A stretch of DNA of 64,000 nt from Lytechinus pictus (taxonomy: Eukaryota): NCBI RefSeq assembly GCF_037042905.1, contig NC_087251.1, positions 31,126,001 to 31,190,000 of the forward strand, in the 5' to 3' direction. A program made the position numbers and the translations under genes. The first letter of the stretch is position 1. Each line of letters begins with the position of its first letter. This document shows positions 12,273 through 24,400 of the stretch, piece by piece. The notes under the pieces are model-generated. The model searched no databases, was not told the origin of the DNA, and saw only the letters and a program-made list of their open reading frames with translations.

Positions 12273-13556
12273 GTGTGATTGGAAGTGTTTGGCTAGTATA
12301 GGAATTCTGAATAAAATCAAATACATTTCACTGTTAAATTTCTATTAAAAAAAAAATCAATGTTCATCCTAAACGGCTGGTTTTATATATTTTTAATCCA
12401 CCAATGGTATTTTCTTGTGACCTTTGTGTGCACTGAACAAACGACTCATGATATACTATATCATTTAGTTTTTGGACTGGGATCAAAATATCTTATGAGA
12501 AATAAACATTTCCCAAAGAAGATTTTTGTGGGCAACCTAAATGTCTACTCTTCATAAGTCAAGAATTCCTGAATTGGTCCTTATACAAACAGTAATTTTG
12601 ATACCGAACAAAGAGTCTTGATTTCCTTTTATGAAGGAGGGGGGTCAGTTTTCAGCGTATTGGTTAACTCAAATGAGAAAACAATGTTACAGATGTATAA
12701 CTTTTACAAGGATGTTAACCAGCATGTTACATCAAACATGTTAATTCATAAGGGCAGTTCAAGAAATAAATCAAACTAAGTCAAATCCTAAAATTTATTC
12801 TTAAAATTTATAGAAATTAAAGCAGAACAATGGCAAATCAATCTTTTGCGTATTCATACTTGGAAAATAGGCATTGAGATGATTGAAATAGAGTACAAAT
12901 TAATTAACTTTTATTTGATCAAGTACTTGATGGAAGTATCTTAAAGGACAAGTCCACCCTAACATAAAGTTAGGGTTAGTTAAGTTAAGTTTTTAAAAGT
13001 TGGTTAAGTTTTTTCACAAACATGTGGCTCGAAACACAAGCTACTATCATCTATAATAACAAGACCAACAAACCACAGTGCATTGTGTGTGTCAACTATG
13101 CCATCAGGTAAGTCTGTATGAACTGTGTTTACTTTGGACCCAGTTACACTATTAAAATCCATTGATTGTAACTTTTCTATCAATGATACCTTCCAAGAAG
13201 TCTTTGATATTTTGTAGACTGTCTTGTGTGGCCTTCATGGTAGTTCCAAAGCAACTTTCATGGTAATTTTTGGTATCTCCCCTGAAATCCTTGATTCTGA
13301 TTGGCTGTTGAGTATTGTTACCATCATGGTAGTTACAACTGGATGGCAAAGTTACCGTAATAGTAACTTTTATGCAGTGGGGCCCAGCAGAAGAAGGGCA
13401 ATTCCATAAAATATGTTCGTCCGACCCCCTTTATGTGGGACCTTCATGAAATTTTTGTCACCGATGTCTGGTTCTTTTGACAGTCTGTAATGCCCTCAAT
13501 GACCATGACTTGGTCAGTTTAAGAAGTGAAGCAAGACTTGAGAAAAATGAAGGTCG
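12273..13556 (+). repeat. Duplicated block A' (12273-13021, copy of 9430-10178) plus C' (13020-13556, copy of 11737-12273), including the 3' 88 nt of exon 7 and its donor
   Basis: Junction microhomologies G (12273) and AC (13020-13021); ORF pairs 11869/13152 and 11941/13224 are identical. Confidence 0.95.
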
Positions 13557-16500
13557 GACCTACAAAAAGGATGATGATTTTATGGAATTGCAGAGAAGTT
13601 CTAGAGGAAGAGCCTATGGAACTTGAGCATTCTGATGAAAATTTCCCCAAGCTCCCTTTAGACCAATTAGGTTGTGAATTATCCCTCGGAACACTATAAT
13701 TTTACCTACTTCTCAGATGTCATATGAATATTTCTTATCTTAAATGATACATAAATCAAATGCAGATGAGCATTGCTTTCATGACTCCATTTTATAACCA
13801 TATGTGCTAGAATGAACTAGTTGATAATAAGTGTTCAGACTTTTTGCTGAGAATGGAAAGAAAATAAATAAAGTCCACTTGATAAAGTGTTTACTTGAAA
13901 CAAAATTTGGATGCATTTTATTATTAATGTCAACACATCAATATACTGTACTTAGCACTTGACTGTAAAGTCTGCTTTCATACAGTATTACTTGCTGTTG
14001 GGGCAGATGGCAGTATCAAAATAAACCTTAAATGAAGACCAACTTGACATCTATGAAAAAAAAAACTTGTTGGTTTTAATTTATAATCTCGTCTTCTCAT
14101 GTAAAGACAAATGGAAAGTTTAAATAACAAACATCAAACTACATATGTTGACCTACTTCGATAATATTATTAGATTTGGACGCATATTTCATCTGACCTT
14201 ATGTTGACATGAATTAGTTTGGAGACTATGAAATAAGTATACTACATTCTCAGGCACAGGTGTCTTCAGAATATTGTCATATATACCTTGGTTTATTATT
14301 GATGTTGATTGCAAATTAATAAGACAAGTTGGTGCTTTGTGATAAAAAATGTTGTATGGTGATCTGCAATTGAAATGATGCTGGACGTTTTTCATCGTCA
14401 GTCAGGAATGCATATGTAGGTCAATTTGAAAGGTTTCCTGATACAATACTCTCTTCAAAATAAGGTTTTCATGATACATTATGTTAGTTTTAGTCTCTCT
14501 TTTGGCTTGTTGAAAAGCTAAACATATTTGAACATCTATTTATTTTCTGTTTTATTATTTGTTTATGGGTGGTTATGATGACACATAATTTTTATTGATG
14601 TTGAACATCTTAAAAAATCTACATGAATGCTATGACATGCACATGAACTTAGTCCCACAATGAACGTTTGGTTGCAACAAGTGGTCAACATATCAAAAGC
14701 AAATTGAGTACATAACACAAAAATTTGGCAAAACTTTTTTTTAAGACTCGTGTCTCAACATGGTTCACTCTTTTTCTATTGAAGATACTCTTAGCTTTTA
14801 TTTTGATCCCAGATGTGCTTTAACCTCGCAACTTTGAAGTAGATTTGTAGTCCTGATTTAAATCACATTTATGTTCTAGAGGTATGTTCTGTCCGCTGCA
14901 TGTATGTAAGTGATAACTTATCTCAAATATTTTACATTCGTGGTACTGTGGAGCAGATGGCAGTACACTATACTGTACTGATAGGTTGTCATCTTCTCCC
15001 AAGGGATTTGCTTCCAATTTCACGCTGTGAAATTTGCCCTGGTTGCCTAGAAATGACATTGTAGCTTTAAGGTATTGTATATCAAAATTGATAAAATTTG
15101 GGCACTTTTATTAATTTTAAGAATAAATGTGGTATTATTTGTTTGTGAAGCTCAATCATAGTTTCTTTCTCTCTCTCTCTCTTTGTATCATGTGAAATGA
15201 TAGTCTAGACCCCTCCCCCGAACATTCTGACAAGAAAAAAGCTGAGAAGGGCCAAGTATTTTGTGTTAATTGGTTCGAAATAAGGGGGAAAATTCAAATT
15301 TTCTCTTGCCCTGGATACTGAGTTGGCAGTATTATTTCGTAAATTGCTAAATAATCAACATTGTGTTGATAGACAATGTTGGTTTGCATTTTTTTTTTAA
15401 TTCTTATCTTTGTTTGATTAAAATTACTCTTTAAGTGGTTGAAAGAGCAATTTTAGATCACAATACCAGACAAACCTTGTACCCACTTTCCTGATGTACT
15501 TGGCATTCATAATACCAAACCCAAGGAAACAAATAGAAACACACATGTTGCCAGACATTAAAGTTACCCACACTGCAATCTATGAGCGTGAATGATACGA
15601 GAAAGACAATCTTCTTTTAGGTTTGGTTAGTCTGTTGTAGAAGACACTAGAAATGTGTTTACCTGGCTGTATGCATACATGTACCTGCTGTTTGGAAACT
15701 CAGGATTGATAATGTGAAAAATACTGTAAAGCAATCTGATTTCAAGAATTCCTCTAATGGCAGATGATTGTGACACAATTCTTTGCTGTTTACCTGCAAA
15801 GATTTGTAGATTCATTAGATAGTGTGGTTTTTTTTTTTGGGGGGGGGGTTACAGGTACATTTCTATGAATATATTTTCATGATTAGAAAAAATTATGTTG
15901 GAGAAGTTATGGTCTCAGGCTCAACATTGTTTCAAGAAAGTTGTCATCCAATAATTTGTTTATTAATATACATACTTGTATAATATAAACTGAACATGGC
16001 TGTACAGGTAGCAACAGAAGATGCATATTTGTACTTCGTACAGTACATTACATGTGTTTGCACTGGAAGTATCATGATATTGTATCATGATATTGACCAA
16101 GATGCTTGGTATCGTAGACTAGAGCCCCGAGAAATGGCTTGATGCAAACAATCTTCACGTTGGTGGAGATCTGTTTTGCCTTGCCACCTGAGATCTTGAC
16201 CTTGGGCATTGGGGTCAAGGTGGAGCGGTAGAGCAGGGGATTCTTGCATGTTGTGTGTCATGAAGGTCGTGGTGCTGAGTGATTGAAGGTGAGTAAAGAG
16301 AACACATTCATGTACTGGTACCTGGATAGAGAGAGGAAGATAGAGAGGGAGAGAGAGAACGGAGACAGAGTTCGGGTTCAAAAGGACAGGTGAGGGGATG
16401 GAAAGAGCAGGTAGATTTGAAGAAAAGCGGAGAGGGGACAAGCTGTGGGGGAGGGGGTTTGTGGACATGAATCTGCATCAGAGTTATAAAAAATTCTTGA

Positions 16501-18236
16501 AAAATAAATATATTTGTCCAATTACCTTTTTCTTGTTTATTTGATTTATTCAGTTTAAAAACACACATGATTCCAAGGTTAAAGGACTGAAACTGAACAT
16601 GTTTACGATAATCACATCATAACATAGATAAATTATAATTCATAATATTTTACCTTTCAAGACATTTATCTTATGATATACCTAAAACTGATTCACAATG
16701 GGAATCTGTTCTTTGAAGAAAGATATTGTTAAATGGATAATGCAATTAATTCTACCTCAATAAAAAATCCCATTATTGTTCTTTCTCAGAAACAATCCCA
16801 AGGTCTCAAAAGCATACTTTCATGTTGTTAATGTATTGAGTTTCATACGACAGGTGAATGCCATAGCAACCTATGACATGGACTCTAGAGTATAGGGATT
16901 AGCCAAAAGCTGCATGGGGTATGTACTGTTTTCCGAGGGTCTTTAGGGAGATGGATTACTGCTACGTGGATACAGGTGTAGTTTAAAGGTGAAACTTGTC
17001 ATTAGATGAAGGATTCCAACATCTATTTAGGGACGTAATCCTAGTATTTATATTTCAGTGTATTTGACAAGTAATGATGTGAATGTTTAAAGGATACTAA
17101 TTTAGATCGTGCTAGACAAAATCGTCTGGTATGGGTTAGGATTTGGAAATGGGATTTCTGTCATCCTTCAAGTTCAAGTGCTTTGTAGCATACCAAGAAC
17201 GGTTTCTGGCATGTTATGAGCGAGAGGCTTGTTTTCTCTGAATTTGAAACGAGGGGATGATCTACTTTCATGGACACTCCAAGCGTGCTCTTTCCTTCAA
17301 CTCAAAGACTGTGAGATCCTAGATGAATACTCCGGCAGGCAAACTTTGTTCATAATTAGCCAATTATCTAAGCCCTCTTCTTGGCAAACATACATGTACT
17401 GTACATGATTGTTTTATTCCCCAAAATGTCAGAAAATCAATTGTTCATCTGAAGTCAATGAAATTGATGATAGAGATTTTATTCAGTAAGTTAAATTCAG
17501 TTGTATTTCAAAGTCAGTGCTCCCTGTCATGATCTACATGCATATTTTCATGAACTTCAATACCAACCTGTTGTTTCATGTTTTTATTCTTTAAAAATAT
17601 GAATTGACATACCTAAATGTATTTTTACGGTCCCTGGTGCCTTTTATAGTAAAGGTTTTAAATCTCATCCCTCATCCTCATAATCCCCCCTCCCTTCATT
17701 AACAAATCCCTACCAATCCTCCCCAGGGGTGTGTTGTATTCATGTTCCCCCAGAAGGTTTCTTTTCTTGGCTTAGAGATCAACAGGTAATCCATAATCTG
17801 TTGTCAAATAATTTGATCCAGAAATAAAAATAGATGAAACATATTATGGTTGAATTAATCTTCAAACAATGCTATTCACACTTCTTCTTCATACTCTACT
17901 GTTATTTCAGACAATGTGAGAACAGCTCCTTTCCAATTTCCTAAATAACATTATGACATGATGTGTTATCGTATTAACTAATCCCCTGTGATTAGTGGGA
18001 AACCAGCTATGACCTCAAATGATATTGTGACAAATCTGAACAAATTGCTACTGAGGGAAATATCAGGGTTACAGACACATATTTTGTTGGAGATTACATT
18101 TTATATCTCCCATTGTCTCTTCAACTTCAAGGACATTCAATTTATCCTCTTTTTCATTTTTTTTTCAATTATGTTTAATGGAAGCATGCATGTAGTGTTA
18201 GAACAGCTAATATATAGCTAATGTGCATGCATCATA

Positions 18237-18920
18237 CAGAGCTTCCAAGTCTCCCGGATCCTGCGGGAGAATACTGGATTGCGATCCAATCTCCCGTTCT
18301 CCCGACCCCATGCCAAAATCTCCCAGATAATCAGGATTTTTAGCTGTTAAATTGTAAAATTCATACAAACGACTGTTTTACGAGTCTAGCATGTTCAACT
18401 CCCTAACACCCACGTGGAACCTCCTTATCACATTTTCATTTTACCCAGTAACTTTTACCAGTTTTTGTATAATCGTACATTGATTTCCAATGTAAATGAA
18501 GATAATTTTACTGAACGACTGGTGAATAGTCTAACAAGCCATTTTATTTCCGGGTTCTGCATTGTGTGTGATGAAAACACTTCAGCGGTACTCCATGCAC
18601 ATGGCCCCCGATGCGCCCCGGCGCGGCTCCAGCCTATTAAATTAAAGGTATTTTCATGTTTTATGAATTTAAAAAATCTACTGTATTGCCTGAAGTGTAT
18701 ATTTAGTCAATGACAATTCATGAATTCTCTCTTATGTGATTTAATCTATCGAAATTTTTTTTGATGGTTTAGACAGCTGTCAGTTACTATCAAATGTTGT
18801 TTCTTAATGTGTTTTGCTACCCAAAACTCCCATCCGTGGGACAACGTTCCGCCGCTCCCTCACAAAATCATAACTCCACAAAATCTACTGGATTCTATCT
18901 TTCCAATGTTGGCAGCTCTG
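18237..18920. mobile_element. Non-autonomous DNA transposon with 7-bp TSD (P-like or hAT-like)
   Basis: TIR CAGAGCTTCCAA / TTGGCAGCTCTG; CATCATA on both flanks. Confidence 0.7.
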
Positions 18921-19207
18921 CATCATATTTTAGGTGAAAGACTGCAATTCCCCCCCCCCCCCCCATTTCTGTCTGAATAAATTTATTGATTTATTTATTT
19001 GCAGTCACTGAGTTAGATGCAATATGCATGTGTTTCTCACTCTGCACGATACATTTATTGATTGTGGAGATTACAAAAGTATAGAGTTGCGATTGATCTG
19101 ATAAATTTCAACTCTGGAAATCCATCTGTATCTTAATTCTTCATATAAAATGTAGAAAATGTACAAGGAGGAACTTTGTCCAGGGAATGATGCCTATGGG
19201 TGTAGGC

Positions 19208-19387
19208 TAGTCTGCAGGCACAGACCCTGATTGGAACTTTGATCAACAAGTGTGCCTCCATGCAAAGACTAGCACATACAAAACTTGCTGTTCCAATACC
19301 TGAGCGAGCGAGCCTTCAGTACACAAGGCATGGGTAGGCTGCACATTCAGACCCTTAACTCAAGTGAAGGGTTTGCCCAGCAGACTA
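19208..19387 (+). mobile_element. ~180-bp MITE with TAGTCTG...CAGACTA ends (Academ-like termini); related copies at 20122-20305 (+) and 27505-27685 (-)
   Basis: Three visibly alignable copies within one intron. Confidence 0.7.
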
Positions 19388-19482
19388 GATGTAGGCCTAG
19401 ATCATATTCAGAAAGCACTTTGAAGAGGCATATGTATTCTAAATGTTTGGGTTGCCAGCTTTTCATAAGTGGGATCAATCAA

Positions 19483-19853
19483 GGCCCTGTTGCATAAAAG
19501 TTACCATTAAGGTAACTTTGCCATGCGATGGTATTACTTCCATGGAATCCTTGACTGTGATTGGCTGTTGATCAGTGTTACCATGGTAGTTGCCATTGGA
19601 TGGCAAAGTTACCATTAATAGTAACTTTTATGCAGCAGGGCCCAGGTCAATCTCAAGTCTTTGAAAGACGAGAACTAGGGGCCCGTTTTACAAAGAGTTG
19701 CAATTGATCAGATCAATCGCAACTATGGAAAGCCAGCAATGTTTCTCGACAATTCAGTATGCTTCTCTTTGTATAAAAAAATATGACAATGATGGATTTC
19801 CATATACTGTTTAGATTGATCAGATCAATCATAACTCTTTGTAAGACAGAGCC
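19483..19853. mobile_element. Two adjacent short palindromic MITEs (GGCCC...GGGCC ends, PIF/Harbinger-like)
   Basis: 19483-19642 and about 19677-19853 are each self-complementary; relatives at about 6365-6484, 11960-12102 and 44070-44224. Confidence 0.6.
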
Positions 19854-20855
19854 CAGGTATTGCCCTCCATGCTCTGTATATCATTAGAATTCCCTGCAGT
19901 TCTCCGTTATGGCTAAAATTCTTGATGTCTACCCGGTGGTCCGCAGCACCTGTCAACATGTTTGAATCAGTTTGCTTTTTGGAGAAATGTACATGGAATA
20001 TGGATGATACTTTGATGTATGTAAGTTGTAAAGGATGGCTTATTTGTCCAAAGTATACAAATTCCCTTCTATCGCCAAATAGGCTTCCAAGTTGGCATGT
20101 TTTCATCACCAAGGTGTCTATTAGTCTTCAGGCACAGACTCTGATTGAAACTTTGATTAACAAGTAGATCTTCATAGACGACTAGCTCAGATACAACTCA
20201 AAGTTTGCTTTTTCAGGCCTTCAGTACACAAGTCATTGTACATGTACACTGTAGGCTGGGTATTCAAACCACTTTCCTCGAGTGAAGGGTTTGCACAGCA
20301 GACTAGGTATTTACCTGTACATGTACATTGACCCATCACTTTCACTTAAGTGTCAACACCAAACATGAAATCACCCAATTTTCTTTCAGTTTGTTTGTAC
20401 AAACTCAATGTGTTATAATGTAAAATTGAGATGATATGTTATGTATGAAAAATTTAATAGATTTTTTAAAGCTGGCAGGGATATATGGCCCATAAGTCTG
20501 TGTGAAAGTCGGCTAAAAGTGCGGTCTGACTCTAATTCATATTGCCTCCCGGTATGATTTATATCTGTTGACTGACCAGTGAATGCTCCTTTATGGAACC
20601 AAAATACGACAGCACAGAAGCAATTACTCTTTGATGAGACCAATGTGACTGCACTTTATATAGTCCGATACATCAATTGATGTGATAAGAGATAAATAGA
20701 GGAGCGATTTTTCCTAAATTGCATTGCTAACTTCTCTGCTGTGTAGAAGTATCTTGCTTTATTGCTGCTTTATACTATAGAGAAATACCCATGATAGTGT
20801 TGAACGTTGAATACTCTTATCAGACGCTATTGAAAAATATAGTTAATGTAGGCCT

Positions 20856-21431
20856 CCCGGGGGGGCCACTTACATTGACGAGTGGATACCATGCGCGACC
20901 AAAAAAACACGTAAAAGGGATGTCTTTTTCAAAATATGGCACGTTACGTACGTAACGTGATAAGGGTGTAAAAAACACAAAAATAATGAAAAAAGGGTAT
21001 CTATTTTGCTAGGAAAGCTACATGTTTAGGGTCAAAGTTGCGGGGATGATAAAACAAAATTAAAATATTTTATAAAGGATGTCCTTTTTGCACCAACACT
21101 ACGTGTTTAGAGTCCGATTTGCGCGAGGTGTGGAAGCCGGGGCCGTACTAAATCAAATGGTGTGTAAACTGTAAAGGTAAAACCGACGACCGACGGACCC
21201 GTGACATAACAATAAAATATCGCTGTACGTACTTGTTTAGGGGTTCACTTCAGGGAATACTTGCCAAGAGTATCGTTTTATTTCCAATACTTGTTAAGGG
21301 TAGGGTTTCAGACGCCAATACTTGTTAAGGGGTGCATTTTCAGAATATGGAAAATACGTGTTTAGGGTGCTTTTCGAGACCCCTTGGTCGCGCATGGTAT
21401 CCACTCGTCAATGGAAGTGGCCCCCCCCGGG
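20856..21431. mobile_element. Young MITE with ~47-bp TIR and 8-bp TSD
   Basis: CCCGGGGGGGCCACTTACATTGACGAGTGGATACCATGCGCGACCAA and its near-perfect reverse complement; TSD GTAGGCCT at 20848-20855 and 21432-21439. Confidence 0.9.
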
Positions 21432-24400
21432 GTAGGCCTAGGTTTGTTGTTTTCATTTATTAAAGAAGATAAGGAGAAATGATAAATAGTAATTAGCCTT
21501 TAAATTGTGATATCTCTTTTTATACTAATATATAATTATATTATATTTATAATATTATCATCATTGTTTGAGATGTTGTTGTGTTTCTTATGATATCAAT
21601 ATTATCATCATAGTGATTACAATTATCATAACTATCGTTAATGAGAAGTGAACATGAATTGGCTTTATGTTACATGTTTATGTCCTTTCATGGTATCTCC
21701 TGATGCTGCCTTGTTTTTACCCTATTTAAAGTACAGGAATGTATTCAGGAGACAGCAAGAGGAATTTTGTCTTCTCTTATTGATTTGAAATTCACAACTG
21801 AAAAAAAAGAGTCAGAAAAAGAGGATCCTAAGCAAAGTGAAAATATTGGGGTTTTTTAAGAGAAAGTTTCTGTGTCTTGATGGAGGAATGAAATACATTG
21901 ATTGCCAAACATTGTATTCATTCAAATTCTTCATGGTGCCATCACTTGACCCTCTTTTCTATGCAACTGATAATCTGAGATACCCAGTAACCCTTCAACC
22001 CTATTCATCAAATGAACCTTTTCTCCCATGGTCTTAACCATGTTTTCCAGAAGATATTTTCATGAGGTGCTTTCAGACCGACTCAAAAATGGAAAATACC
22101 AGGTATTCCCTGATAGAGAAATTGTCTCTGAGCTTGCTGATCACAAAATACCAAGCATTTTTGGCAGTGTGAACACAAATTTCTTTATAATTTTCCCAAA
22201 AGAGAACACCTACGTGGTTTTGGACAAAATTACACGACCTTTTGTAGGGATTTTGCCATTATCGTTGATATTCTTGCAGTGTGAAAGCATATTAGGAGAA
22301 CTTCCGATCCAGCTGTTTGCGGGCACCCTATAGTGCTCGGGTCGTTTTGCCAAGATAGCGATTTTGATTCAAGCACCTCATCTGCTATACTCAGACATGC
22401 ATGTACTCATATCTTCAAGAATTTACCCAGAAAGGGACTAGTTTGAAATGAAAATGGAAATAATTGTCCGGTATTTTGACGGCTGAACAAGTTCTTGTGA
22501 ATTTACAGGTATTTTGGCGATCGAGTCGTTTTGAGAGCAGCTAGAGAGTGTGAATGTCAAGTGCATTCAACCCGTTGGCTTTGCTGGAGTAGTGATTAAA
22601 AGCTTATTCCTTAGTTATCTTCCTTTTATCTTTGTTGACATGTTCTGAATGATTAATGGACATCTTTGTGAGGTGTCTAGCATGTCAAATATTTCAGTTG
22701 GAGGCTGATGCTGAGAATTGTGATGTTTGTTTCTTCATTTCATGTTTGATTCTCTCCCAGCTCCTTGTGGTTAACTTGAAATTACTCTGTTGATTCACCT
22801 TGGGCATGCCCTTGGCAAGGAGAATGTTTTGATGAGTTAGAAATGTAATGTAAAGCATAATAAACAAATAAAGATTGACCGAATGATGAAAGGGTAAAGA
22901 AAAAAAGGTTTGTGTAAAAGAAAATGTGGGAAGTCCTAAAAATTGTGACAGGAAATAAACAAAGTTTAGAAACAGAAACTAATCAGTGTAGATGGCAATA
23001 TTGAAATCCCACTTTAATATGGTGCATTACACACCAAAACAATGACTTTTCCTGGTTGATTTGTTATTGGTATCCGGTTCTAATGGCTTGTTGCTCATGC
23101 CTGACATAATGAATGCACTTCCTCAGTTGGTAAAAGTTCATTGATAAAATTCACGATAAAAAGATTCAGAATATACATGTAAATGGAATATTAAAGAATT
23201 ACAAAGGAACCATGATTAAACATGAGCATTCCTTCCAAAGCTTCCAAGTTCATATTGCTAAGCAAAGACCTATCCTGTATGTTGCCTTTCTTCACATCCT
23301 ACAGAGTCAATACAATGTGTTTGTTCATGCTAATGGAAATTTGCATCACTTTATGAGGGGGAAATAGTATTAGTTTTTAATCTATTTTGAATAATTGGTA
23401 TTGTATGCATTTCTTTAATAGCTTTTTTACATTTCTGATTCGTGATTGCTTCAGAAATAGTCCAAACTTCCAACAAAGGTCCCTGTTGATCAGTTTACCT
23501 TTCCTCACCATTTCGCCCCAGAAGGCAGACAAACAATATATTGCATTTTTTAAACCGTCAGCACGACTGCATCCAGCCGCAAGCCCAAACAATGAGGTGT
23601 TAAGAGATAGAGGATTATACCTGTAAATTTTCTAGGTCTCGGGTATCCCTACACATGATACCTTTAGGTTGTGTTTTTCACTAAAGACATAAAGCCCTGT
23701 ATACCTGCATGAGAAGGCTTTATTACCTTGTGTTGAAACATGAACCTCATATTAAACGGAGAGCCTTCCAGGGACGTACATTGTCTGTTGATATGACGAT
23801 ATCAATTCGTCTCAGGATCATGTCAGGACAGAATGAGGCTAGGGTTTTAAGGCGGTTCAAGACTTCGTTCTCACTACCATCCTAAAACTATTTTAGTGGA
23901 AACTAGATGACGTGTAATGAGAACGGTCTAGGAAGCGATCTTCCAAATCGGTTCAGAAAATCACCCCGCGATGTAGTTTTGAAGATCGCTTTGCCTTGTT
24001 AAACTGGTTTTAGCGTAAGTGAGGACACAACCATTCTTTGGGAAGCGATCTTTGCACATTTAGAGTGCGCTACTCCACACACTGGATGTGGAATGCCTAC
24101 GCTGCGGCTTCGAATTTCGAGCGAAACATGTCACTCCACTGAGAGTGTTCCCATAGCAACAAGATGGATGATCAAATGGGAACGCTAGCAAAGTGATCTT
24201 CCAAACTGGTTTCCTGAATCGAGTTCCAGTAAACTAGTTTCAGAAAGTAATGTGTAATGAGGACGGTGTCTTAGAGGAAGATGACGGATGAGTTTAGTAG
24301 GTTAATATCTACCCTTGATCAGACCCTGCATGGAGAGAGTCATTGCTTGAAGGTTAATTGTTATGACCACCCAGTTCTGTTATGTTGCGTGTTTATAGTT

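Noticed and set aside
13020..13107. Second HIF paralog or full tandem exon duplication
   Set aside because: Only the 3' 88 nt of exon 7 are copied; its native acceptor is missing.
9517..13409. Identical ORF pairs suggesting duplicated small genes
   Set aside because: Intronic chance ORFs copied by the local duplication.
22028..22333. 101-aa sense ORF in intron 7 as an extra HIF exon
   Set aside because: No HIF similarity, and exon 7 already splices in phase to 28220 with the expected sequence.
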